DNA of 64,000 nucleotides from Hormiphora californensis (taxonomy: Eukaryota > Animalia > Ctenophora): assembly GCA_020137815.1 (NCBI GenBank), contig CM035351.1, positions 1,054,001-1,118,000 on the forward strand. The letters are read 5' to 3'. Shown piece after piece: positions 24,201-39,380 of this stretch. The position numbers were made by a program, and so were the translations under genes. The first letter of the stretch is position 1; every line of letters starts with the position of its first letter. The notes under the pieces were generated by a model. That model saw nothing but the letters and a program-made list of their open reading frames with translations, was not told the origin of the DNA and searched no databases.

Positions 24201-27200
24201 AAGAATTAGTGCAGGTAGAAATTTTTATTCAATTCATCAATTCAAGTTTATTTCCAGCTGATAGCATGTGTCCATATTCGCACGGCCCATGCTACTTCAC
24301 TTCACCCCCCTTCTGCCGTTCTGTTTCCGGGGTCTCGATGGTGGTGTTATGAACTGCAACCACAACACTAACCAAGTCAGAGGGTGCCAGGGTATCTGCA
24401 CTGGTCGCAACGTAATCACCAATCTTCTGTACCTTGTCGGTATCATCTGAATCCTGCAGATAGAGAGGGGATATATAATTGGCTTTGGATAATTTCGGTA
24501 TCATCCGAATCCTGCAGATAGAGAGGGGGATATTGGTTTTGGATAATTTGCACCCCAAACTTCCAGAATCCAGTCTTCTGCCCGAAGAATAGCTCAGTCC
24601 ATAAAGCAAACCCTCTAAAACACCAAAGTAGATCGGATTACAACATATAGGTAGGTCTGATTACAACATCTGGTCGAAATACACTGACACTTACTAGTTT
24701 TGTTTCAAGTTTTGTGTGCTTATTCTTGGACATTACGTTGTAGTGGTATAAGCAGGGGCTTCGGCAAGAATGTCTATTGGTCAAGGTATTGGGGTAGAGA
24801 TACCTAATGCAATAATAATATGCATTTAGAACTGTCCCCTGTGTGCCTTTTTTGTTGACTGGGTGTTCCTTTTCCGCTTACATTGTGCTTATTTTTTGGT
24901 ACTGGGACAGTTTGAGCTGTTCCACATCCACCTAGTAGATCTATATTTCACATTTTATTGATCTGTTTCCATATCCCTTTATTTTTTAGTTTTTAGATAT
25001 GGACTTTCAAATTGAGATTGTCGAGGACAGTCTTATGAAGAAATTATGCAGCCCAAAAGTTAGCCCATGTGATACGGTGGGCGATTTGAAGGATACACTT
25101 GAGCTGGAGCATGGATGGTGTCGTTGGTATGACACACACTTGTATTTTCTGAAAGGAGAAATACAAGACCGGGATTTGTTAATGGATTATGGAGAACTGG
25201 AAGATGATAAAACTTTAGAGGAATGTGGCATTTCGTCAGGATCCGTAGTTTACGCAAGTCCTACGTTTTATAGTAAGTAGAAAAAAGAGGCGCACTAAAC
25301 GAATCCAAGAATTTTATTCAAGGAATTGGTGAAGTCAGTACATTTTTGACGTCACCAATTTTTTTGAATAAATTTCTGAGAAATTTATGCCCAATTATGT
25401 TCAATTGATCAATTTCATTTCCAGCTCAAGGCTTGTGTCCCACGAAAGAGGAGTTTGAACGTCAAAGAGAAATCATGAGAGAGGAGTTGTTGAAGGCTAA
25501 ACAGAAGGAGAGACTGTTACGAAAGAAAGAAAGGAAGGAGAAACAAAAGGAGCTGAAAAAGCGAATAAAGGAACTTTAGATGAACTATACTTATCACGTT
25601 GGGTTATGTTGTACTACTCAGAATTAATGGTTATTTGATCTTCCAGACAATTTAAAACCACGGTTGATTTATTTTGTAATTTTATAAGATCGCTATCACT
25701 TTTTGAGTTGTTTTTATTGCGGTTCTACATAAAATTTTATTGATCCGTACATCGCATATCTTTAGTAAAGATTCTTTACTTTCCAGATATGGACTTTCAA
25801 ATTGAGATTGTTCAGGACATTTTAACGGGGAAAGTATTCAACCTAAAAGTAAGCCCATGTGATACGGTGGCCGATTTGAAAGATACACTAGAGCTGGAGC
25901 ATGGATACCGTTCTTGGTATAAAACGCATTTATATTTCCTGGAAGGAGAACTAAAAGACCATCGTGCTTTATTTACTGAAGGAAAACTGGAAGATGATAA
26001 AACTTTAGAGGAATGTGGTATATCGGCAGGCTCCGTTATTTACACAAGACCTATGATGTATGGTAAGTAGAAGGGGGCACGCTAAACGAATCCAAAAACT
26101 CAAAAGAATTAGTGCAGGTAGAAATTTATATTCAATTCATCAATTCAAGTTTATTTCCAGCTGATAGCATGTGTCCACCGAAAGATGAGTTCGATCAGCA
26201 AAGGGAACTCATGAAAGAGGAGTTGTTGAAGGCTAAACAGAAGGAGAGACTGTTAAGAAAGAAAAAAAGAAAGGAGAAACAAAAGGAGCTGAAAAAGCGC
26301 ATAAAGGAACTATAGATGAACTTTTCGTTTTTTCCCTTTTTTTTTCGGTTTTCTTCGGGTCGGAGGTGCCTACCGGCACCTAAATGTTATACTACTCAGA
26401 ATTAATGGTTACTTGATCTTGCAGGCAATTTAAAACCACGGTTATCACGTCTTAATGAATTTATTTTGTAATTGTGTACAATAAAAAACTGTCTAATTCT
26501 TACCTCAATTATCTTGTTAATTTCCTTGCTTGCCTCTGAATGACACCCCGAAACATCGGATCGAGCCCAACTCCCCTCGTTAGTACACACTTTAGTGGCC
26601 ATACCACCATGTGGACAAGTCAGGGTGGCCGTCTCCCCGGGACTTCCTTCGGACCAGTTCAATGTGCCAATATTCGGCAGAGATTCGGCGTAAACAGCAC
26701 AACCCGAATCTGTAGATAGGGAAGGGTTAGTGGGAAATTGGTATGGTGTATTTTGTGTGTGCCCTATATAAAAAGGGTACAGGGTACAGGGTACATGACC
26801 CTTATTCGCTCTCTTTGCTCAGAACGAGCGGCATCGAGCTGTAACATTACAGCTCTACGTACCCCCCCCTGTAATGTACCTGTTTCAATGCACTGGTTGT
26901 CCTGCACAATTCCAGAATTGCACGGTTTACACTTGGTCTGCCCCTCCTCATCCTGATAGGAATTAACGGAGCATCGAACACACGAGGTGCCACCAGCCAA
27001 CCCTTGGTATGTGCCTGGATATTAGTATTTAGTAGAGTTAGTTGTCGTAACGCTATGTAATCGACCAGAATAACATCTATGTGACAGTGTGAAACCGTGG
27101 CAGCTCTTGTTGAGTAAGGGGGAAGAGTGTGACACTCTTCCCCCTTACTCAACAAGGCAGCTCCAAAACAATTTTATCATGACCAGTTCCTTACCTGGTG

Positions 27201-27662
27201 AACATGGGTTACAGGATGTTTGGCCGGGTTTATCTTGATAGTTTCCCCTGCTACAAGCTACACACGTGTTGTCATCTGTACCGTAACTTCCAGCAGCGCA
27301 GCTTTCACAGGAACCATCGTCTTTCTGGAGGGAGAGGGAGGGGAGAGAGATAGAAAAAGAAAGAGAAAAGAAAGAGAGGTGTTACTTACCTTGATTGTAC
27401 CACCAGGACACTCATCCTCCTCATCCTCACATGACCCGTCATCAGCAGCCATCTCCCCACTCCCACACTCACACTCCTTACCACCATCCACCACCGTCCC
27501 CTCACACACTACACACTGGTCCATATTGTGGTATCTGGCGAATGTACCATTGCTGCACTCATTGCACACATTACTGCTGACTCGGTAGGTGCCAGGGTTG
27601 CAAGTGCAGGTTGAGGCATCCACTATGGACCCAGAGGCACATGAGAAGCATGCCGTAGCACC

Positions 27663-27728
<66 letters not shown>

Positions 27729-29888
27729 AGGGGGTACCCGGTACAGATAATGTGGAGAGAGAAGGATGGAGACAAGGATTAGCTTTATTCCAGCTACTCG
27801 AGATCTAGTCGGTTTCTTGATTATTTAGGGGAAACCCCAAAGATATTGATCCTTACCCTCATCAGAGACCTGGCCTTGTGAACAAGTCTCACAGGAGTTG
27901 GAGCCAAAATCATAGTTTGATTTAGTTCCTGAAAGTACAGGGCATTTGAGTTAAAAAGACAACGAATTTTTTTATTTAAAAACAGAAAACTCATTCAAAT
28001 TTAGCATATAAAGGAGTAGGGCCAGTGTGAAATATCAAACCTGCACGACACGGTGAACAAGAGGCATCATTTTTTGTTTCGGTATAATAGCCTGCTTCAC
28101 AAGACTGGCATGCAACACTTCCATTTCTTCCCCCTTCTACTGGTGTCAAGTCACTCACACTAATGACTTTAGTACCAGGTGGACAAGTCACACAGATCGC
28201 ATCACACTCTGAAGAGGGTGGTGGTATGAGGGATTCGGGAAATATAATGGTAGTGTGGACGTTGGAGGTTGTGGTGATGGTGGATTGGTTTTGGCTATTT
28301 TTTTTCAGTTTCTATGGTAACCAATAACGTACCCTTGACGTGGCATACTCTAGCATGAAGATCATCAAAGGCATCAGACAAAACGATGCTCCCCACATCT
28401 TCGACGTAGAACCCATCAGGAATAGTATGGGTGTGACTCCATAGTTGCTTGTGACTGGACCAATTCTTTGGGTCACGTCCATAAAGGTCGATCAGGAATT
28501 CTTTATATTGAACATAAACTCGAACTGTGATGCTGGTTTGGTCCTCTGTTTTGTGTATCGGTGATACGTCGTGCAGACCTGATGTCATTGCATTTTCTCG
28601 CATACTGAGCGTCATAACCTGTAATTTAGTGGGGTTAAAAACAGATGTCTGATGTATTATTTGTTGGTGAGTTCTGCGTTTGACCTGCCTGAAGACCATA
28701 CGGCCTGGGATAGTGATACATCATAATTTTGAATCTTACCATGTATTACATGGTAAGATTCAAAGTTATAGAGCGGAGTTGTTATTTTCCCTCCCCAACT
28801 ATTGATGTCTCTCCGTAAATCATTTGTTGGCGCAGCACCCACATCCCATGTGCTAATGACCCCTGCAGTTATACACACTGTGACCCACCACTGTGACCCA
28901 CCACTGTGATCCACAGTGGTACACAACTGGCATGGTGTGTGACATTCAATCCCCTGTCACGTGATACGAGCTCATTGTACTCATTCACAGTGTGCTCCTC
29001 AATGACTGTGTAATCACTTTCACGCTTCACAATATCGGACACACTCAAATTTCACACTAGCAGTACCCTTGTTGAGGCTCTCACGATAGTACTCAATCGA
29101 CGGGGCGAGAGCGATTACAAATTGAAACAAGAATATTTGTCACCCTTTACCTCAATGAATGTCTTGTTGAACTTTCTAAAGTTGATCCGCAAAGGAACCA
29201 TCTTACTGTGTCCGGTAAAATCAATAGTTCGGTGTCTTGTACCTCCATCATCCACCCCCACCAGACTGAAATGTCACATTGACAAGAGAATCTGAAAAAT
29301 AGGAGACATTACTGCAAGAGACAAGAGAATCTGAAAAACAGCGGGTTATTTTATATGGCCCCAGGATTTAATTGGCAATTTATCTCCTCAATTTATTAAT
29401 GTGGTTACTGGTCTACCAATAATACTATGAATGAGATCTGATCAGGATTGAATAGGGAGGAAATCAGATCTGGCGAGGGCCGAGGAAAATTACCGTTTTT
29501 GAGTGTAACCTCCAGATGATTACTATCGTTTTCGAGATGCAGACACCTCAAGTTGGTATTGTTACCGTCTACCCCTGGAGGGAGGGTATACTGTTATAAT
29601 GAGGTGAAGAGATATAATGAGAAAGAGAGGGTAAAGAGAACAGGAAGGAGAAACGGAGAGGAGGAATAGGGATGAGAGAAGAGGAAAAAAAAGAGGAACT
29701 GTGCTGCAATGCCATGTGTAGTGACACACAAAAACCATGATCTGATTGTAACCATGGAAACACTTGTAAAGTAACTGAACATTGTGACAACATGGTTGTT
29801 ATGTGTGTGGGACAAGTGGCACTACTGTATACTAATTCAGATCTTTACCTGCAGTAACTAGGGCCAGTAGCAACAAGATGGGAACCAT
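15266..29888 (-). CDS. Adhesion GPCR: signal peptide, unassigned N-terminal region, multiple Cys-rich ephrin-receptor-like repeats, hormone-receptor motif, GAIN/GPS, 7TM. Multi-exon.
   Basis: Exon 1 MVPILLLLALVTA (29849-29888). Repeats such as CxxCxxGxYQDxxGQTxCxPC (26880-28210). HRM WSEGSPGETATLTCPHGGMATKVCTNEGSWARSDVSGC (~26503-26710). GAIN exons 21030-21934. GPS WSTSGC...CQCNHLTSFAAF (~20832-20935). TM exons ~20549-20662, 20119-20320, 16180-16350, 15903-16050, 15591-15718. Last exon GIVIFILF...NTLHE* ends at 15266. Confidence 0.88.
17048..18152. repeat. Tandem duplication (~535 bp unit, period 567) of the GALNT 5' region
   Basis: 17048-17582 is near-identical to 17615-18152; the first copy is a truncated N-terminal fragment from ATG 17354. 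Confidence 0.92.
17921..19822 (+). CDS. Polypeptide N-acetylgalactosaminyltransferase-like (TM + GT-A + ricin-type lectin), nested antisense in an aGPCR intron. Several frameshifts as assembled.
   Basis: Type II TM MVGRYLTKLLVIASATCLLLIALL. Motifs across frames: SVVIVYYNE, EVIVIDDAS, RSRLRG...LFDSHIEV..WLE, MGGA, WGVEN.RLSYRAWMCGG. C-terminal CID..QRF..QRW lectin repeats. One intron at ~18958-19073. Confidence 0.8.
22332..23411 (+). CDS. Ubiquitin-like fusion protein, copy A: N-terminal helical region, Ubl ending LLGGG, basic coiled-coil tail (~191 aa)
   Basis: Exons 22332-22361, 22424-22592, 22941-23153 and 23248-23411 are in phase. Ubl motifs ITIYVK..DTVGDLKEKI..FIGKQMENDQSLESYGISSGSTLYLSLLGGG, followed by MAPDK...LKKRIMEL*. 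Confidence 0.82.
22616..22724. mobile_element. 109-bp MITE (caggaaccga...tcggttcctg), 5-bp TSD TCATA
   Basis: TIRs and TSD (22611-22615, 22725-22729) are visible. It translates to QPIRTxYLGHVTGYQPIxDQYFLIRSVP, a repeat I recall from Pleurobrachia gene models. Confidence 0.85.
23759..24275 (+). pseudogene. Ubl-coiled-coil copy B: 5'-truncated, interrupted by a palindromic insertion, 3' replaced by a host-gene fragment
   Basis: Near-identical to copy D (DTVADLKDTLELEHG...KLEDDKTLEECGIS). Insertion at 23887-24041; the sequence breaks off after ADSMCP. Confidence 0.8.
24298..24547 (-). repeat. Duplicated fragment of aGPCR exon 21715-21934 with its acceptor (acceptor part duplicated twice)
   Basis: Matches 21781-21966 (LQDSDDTDKVQKIGDYVATSA..HNTTIETPET). 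Confidence 0.88.
24999..25579 (+). CDS. Ubl-coiled-coil copy C (2 exons, no diglycine)
   Basis: Exons 24999-25272 and 25425-25579: MDFQIEIV..DTVGDLK..LEDDKTLEECGISSGSVVY..TQGLCP..KELKKRIKEL*. Confidence 0.82.
25789..26315 (+). CDS. Ubl-coiled-coil copy D (2 exons, no diglycine)
   Basis: Exons 25789-26062 and 26161-26315: LTGKVFNLKVSPCDTVADLK..GKLEDDKTLEECGI..ADSMCP..KELKKRIKEL*. Confidence 0.85.
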
Positions 29889-30523
29889 ATCTCAGATCGA
29901 GTTTGGTGGGACTCAACTACACTTCTGCAGCAGTCATCAGTATGAGATTTTAACTTCCAGCTATTATATGAAGTATCACAAAATATCAATAAGATGCAAT
30001 AATAAACCACCCATATAATGTGCATTTATTGTACGTTGGAAAGCTTCTTCCAACGTCAGAGACTCTATACCACTGCTACTCAAGTAATGGTTTTGTGATA
30101 CAAGATTTGATTCTGGCACAAAAGCTTTGCACATCTCTCATTTAACGTGAGAATCGGGTAAAAGGAAATCACTGAAGGAAGATCAAAACCTTGCTATATA
30201 AGGTTAAAATTGAAAAGTGGCATTTTCCCAGTCTGTCTGCTGTCTGTGTGAGCTTACAGCCTGCGTAGCATGAGTTAAACACTACCTACTATAATTATAC
30301 TGGCAACCCAATCAAATAAAGAATAGTCTACCTAAAGAATAAAACATAAATTGAGACAGGTCTGATCAGTTAATCATATCATGGAAAAAAGACTACTGAG
30401 CATTTGAAAGAGAACCGTGCATGTGGTTGTGTCAGGTGGGTTTTACAATTGAACTTGATTTCTAAAAAGACAAAGGAACTGCTAATGCAGAGTGTTAATA
30501 AACAGGAATAATAACGTGTCTCT

Positions 30524-30619
<96 letters not shown>

Positions 30620-31231
30620 ATTGATGATATAGCGTAAACCGAGAGAAATCATTCCCGGAGACAAGAGTAGGAATAAACAGCTGTCAGAAATAATCGCATG
30701 TCTTGCAGGCTGAAGACGGGTGGAAGTTTTCAGAGCTAATAAAGAAGCAAAGAAATCCCAAAATTATCTCTTTTCTTTACTTATTTTCCTTCCAAAAACA
30801 GGTGACTCGCTAATTAAAGAGAGGCACATTGCGTATCTAAACCCCATCTTACTAAGGGGGGGGGGGGGGGGCTGTGGGGAAGATGCGTGAAACTTCACCA
30901 GTTCCAGCTGTAAGTAAAGAAAAAGAGAGAAGCGAGAAATGTAGAAGGGAAGGATATATTCAGACTGGACAAAAAAGAAGTTTAAAAACTATGGAAGCAG
31001 TGAGAACCTTCAAACCTGTCAGAGCATTTGCTTTACAGAAGGATACTATAAACTAACTACATATAACGCAAGTTAAGATTTAAAAAATCCTAGTGGACTA
31101 CAAATATCATCATCCAAAAAAGTCATGCTAATCAAAAGTGAAACAAACAAACCCAGTACCCCATGTCCACACCCCCGCAGTACATCGCCAATCACACAGA
31201 AGAAGTGATAATCTAGTTCGCGCTCCAGAAA

Positions 31232-31345
<114 letters not shown>

Positions 31346-33267
31346 CAGAGAGACAGAGAGAGATACAGAGACAGAGAGAGAGAGAGAGACAGAGACAGAG
31401 ATAGAGAGACACACTGAGATAGAGAGATGGGAAACTACAGAAAACTCCGCCGCAGGTAAGGTAACATTGCACTTAGCAACGACCACGTGGTATGCTCCTC
31501 ACAGAGCTCAATGTGGGCCGTGCTATCTGAGCATCTATAGAGCCACCCGATCTAGGTTTTACAGTAAAGATTACCGATCTAGGATATAATATTACTTGCA
31601 GTAGAGGATCAAACCCTGATTTACTGGACCTCATGCAAAACCTTTCCTCCCTTTCTCAACAATTCACCCGATGAGCCCGGTAAATCGAGGTTTTATTATC
31701 TACTGCAACTTAGTCCTAGATTAGGTGGCTGGAGCGTTGTACTGGGTCCAGGACACTATATGACATACTGATACATGGTGGATGGTGGTACAACATATAA
31801 TCACACGATGATTGTGGGTACTAGAAGGTTTGTAGTACACCTGTTACGCCCCCCCCCTCCCAAGTGTCTGGTGACAGATCACAGATGTAATATACCCAGT
31901 GCCCCCTATTACATGTGAAATTTAGAGATAATATTTGGGGAGCGAACTTTCGGGACTACAAGAACACAAAGGTGTTGAATTCTTGGAGATAATCAGCTTG
32001 ACAGGAATATCTATATTCGTTAGTACTTTGGCCGTCAGATGCACTATTAGGATTGACAGGCGATACTATAGAGTATCGATACGGTTCTCTATCTATCTAT
32101 CGTTCTCTCTCACTTTCTCTCACTTTCTCTTTCCCTCTCCATCTCTCTCTCTCCCCCTCATACCCAAAGAATAATACCGAGATCGTTTATGCCCGCATGC
32201 AGATCTCTCTCACGTGTGGGAAAGAACTAAGGTCACACACTATTGTTCTATGACACCTGTGTCTACTCCCTGTGATGTTCGAGTGATGTATCGGTGAAGT
32301 GTCCACTGACAATGGATCGTGATAAGAGGGAGGAGACGTGATTATAGAGGGAAGGGATGTAGACAAGAGGCAATTAAATCGTGATCAGTCAAGTGTAACA
32401 CATCTGGTTAGTTATCCTCTATTATACTTGGTACTCCCCAGACAACCGGGGTAAAATACTTGGCACTCCCTGGACATGCCTTTATAAACAAGGTACTATT
32501 ATAATACCAGGGAGTGCCAAGTTATGGCAACTGAGAACTGATTAGTGCACCGAGTTTTTAATCCAAAACAATCTGAGGACTAAGAGTAACTATCGTGCGA
32601 AATAAACGGTATGACTTTGAATCAAAGTTTGAATCAAATTACGGGAGACTAAAAGATGAGATGAAATTGAAAATCTGGTGAGTGTTCTATTACTAACCTC
32701 CAAGTCTAGACTCTAAAGCCTAGAACTTCCATGATATGGGTCCATCATCTCTGAAAGGTGCTCTGGCTCCATTGTCGTCCCCCGATGTGAAGTAGGGGGT
32801 TTCCAGACCACAGTCAGACACTATCCCCCATCTTCAGGATCATACTTGTGCGGTTCAATGTGAGCATTTCTAAATCCCTTTCCAATGACATAGATTTAGC
32901 TACAAGGAAATGAGTGGGTGTCAATTTCGTAACTTGGTTAAAAACTCAGAAAAAAAGATAATTTGTGAGGGAATCTAGACATTAGTAAACACAATGAATT
33001 CAATAAAAATGAAAGTGATGTGAAAATAAAACTCTCACAATAAATCATAGCTTGGTGAGACCTCAAAAAGATCCCGTCATAGTAAATCACACAACATGCT
33101 TCATCTAACCAAATGATATAATTTTGTTGTCTACTACTAATTTTGTATTCTACAGCTACTAGGCAGTAGGCACTAGGGGTGGTCCATATCAGAGTCCAAA
33201 AACCAAGAAGGAACACTCATATTCAGACTCCATGATTGAGCTACAAACTAAACGGACATGCCCCAGT

Positions 33268-37205
<3,938 letters not shown>

Positions 37206-37738
37206 CTAACAGAAGAGGAGGTAAATTATTTAGCAGATTATACAGACAAAATGTAGCTAAACATGAAACATCAAATAAAACGAGGTTTTATTACTTAAAT
37301 ATTCAAATTCAAAGTTTATTAAATAAATCTCTCCACAAAAATTAAAACTTAAAAAGTAAAAACAGTTCAAAAGAGTTCAAAATCAAACCACATTAAAAAG
37401 TTATAAAATGGAAATGACCGGGCTGACATGCGGCAGCTACAACCGCTCTGGAGAAAGCAAAAGTGAAAGAAATTAGAAAAGATAACGTTATCATAATCCT
37501 TCCCAGCCATTATCATTCTAAACTCTCACGCGTTCATTCTCACATAGCACGATCACGCGATTATATAGAAGGAGAGATAATGAGAAATAGAGATGGAGAG
37601 AGAGAAAGATGGAGAGGGACAGAGAGTGTGTGAAAGATTGGAAAATATAGCTAGGCGAAAAGTAACCTGACACCTCAGCGTCACCCGGTCATTTCCTGCA
37701 CACAAAGAGTAGAACCTATCACATCATGTAACACGAGG

Positions 37739-38297
37739 CTACTTCTCAGGTGCAGAAGGCCCAAAGTTAGCGCCGATTAGTATCTGCCCATTGGGTAGGT
37801 GAGTGTCTACAATAGCATGAATCTCCTCTGGAGCCCCTCTAAACCACTCTCCAGTCCCCCCTCCACTAGCAGTCTGAAGAGCCCCAGTCATTGCATTCAG
37901 GGAGTGAGATGCAGCGATAGTGTTATCATCCTCAACACTAGACAACACCAATGCAACCCCAAACTTCCTATCATTTTGGTAGATAATAGCATGGACCTGA
38001 TGAGAAGAGGAAATTAGCATGAGGATCCGAGGAACTGTGAGTTAATTTATTGTAGATTATTTCAAAATTCTGGGATTACTTACCTGATCATCCACAAACA
38101 GGTTCACTATCCCCAGGTGTGGGATTAGTTTTCCCCATTGTTAGGGATTCTAGGGATATCTTGTCCAGGATACACCGAGAGAGGTTGTCTTGATTGTCCT
38201 TGTGGAGCACTACATACCACTTGGATAACACCTTCTCAAACTGGTGCTGTGATTTGGAGTCGTTCAGGGTGTACACCAATATGGCTGTTAGGGTCAT
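37739..38297 (-). CDS. AP5S1: AP-5 complex subunit sigma-1-like (2 exons; local frame defect near 38030-38110)
   Basis: AILVYTL; FGVALVL..DDNTIAASHSL; EEIHAIVDTHLPNGQILI resembles the AP5S1 C-terminal motif (ILTRFLPHGQLLF). Intron 38035-38083. Confidence 0.72.
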
Positions 38298-38897
38298 GGT
38301 ATGCTGAGCAGGGAAGGAGGTGTTAGTAGGGTATATAATTAGCAGGGAAGGAGATATTCTTCTTCTTCTGGGAGGACGCTGGCTAGTCCGAAGCACTAGC
38401 CAGTAAGGGGTGGGTGCCATGGGGCTCCCGTTCCCCGTCCTGGGGCCTCCCGTTCCCCGTCCTGGATATTAGTAGGGTATATAATTAGCAGGGTAGGAGA
38501 TGTTTAGGGTAGGGTGTTAGTATCGAAAAGTGCTGACCAGGGAAGGAGATGTATTAGTATCGAATAGTGCTGAGCAGGGAGGGAGATGTATTAGCAAGGG
38601 AAGAAACAAGGGATTAAAACACGGCTGTTTTTTAGAAACGATGATAACAAAAACATTATCACAGATAAAATGTAGTCTTCCATAATCTCTATTATAATTT
38701 GGAAATGTCGCTAGCAACCGTTTGTGCACGTGCAAATTGAAGAGGTTGTTAGGGCCTAGGGGCGGGTTGGTTTATACTGCACGTGCAGATTAGTACAGCG
38801 GAAGGACAGCGCTCTTGGGCAAGGGGAGTGGGCATTTGAGAGAACGGGCGCTGTAAATCAACGGGTTTTCTAGTCCGGAAAATAGAGAATTAAAACT

Positions 38898-39340
38898 TGT
38901 GCCATCACACAGACAGTGCCATCACACAGACAGTGCCAACACACAGACAGTGCCAACACACAGACAGTGCCAACACACAGACAGTGCCATCACACAGACA
39001 GTGCCAACACACAGACAGTGCCAACACACAGACAGTGCCAACACACAGACAGTGCCAACACACAGACAGTGCCAACACACAGACAGTGCCAACACACAGA
39101 CAGTGCCAACACACAGACAGTGCCAACACACAGACAGTGCCATCACACAGACAGTGCCATCACACAGACAGTGCCAACACACAGACAGTGCCATCACACA
39201 GACAGTGCCAACACACAGACAGTGCCAACACACAGACAGTGCCAACACACAGACAGTGCCAACACACAGACAGTGCCAACACACAGACAGTGCCATCACA
39301 CAGACAGTGCCACCACACAGACAGTGCCAACACACAGACA
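38898..39340. repeat. 17-bp minisatellite (gtgcca[a/t]cacacagaca), ~26 copies
   Basis: Directly visible. Confidence 0.97.
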
Positions 39341-39380
39341 TATAAAACCAGGTTGCAAAAGATAAAGCATTGCATTTTAA

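Noticed and set aside
38088-38090. In-frame TGA in AP5S1 as selenocysteine or readthrough
   Set aside because: Two compensating 1-nt indels would give NLFVDDQ|FLGSFML, which fits the family GxFxL motif better. I recognise no SECIS, and the window is indel-prone.
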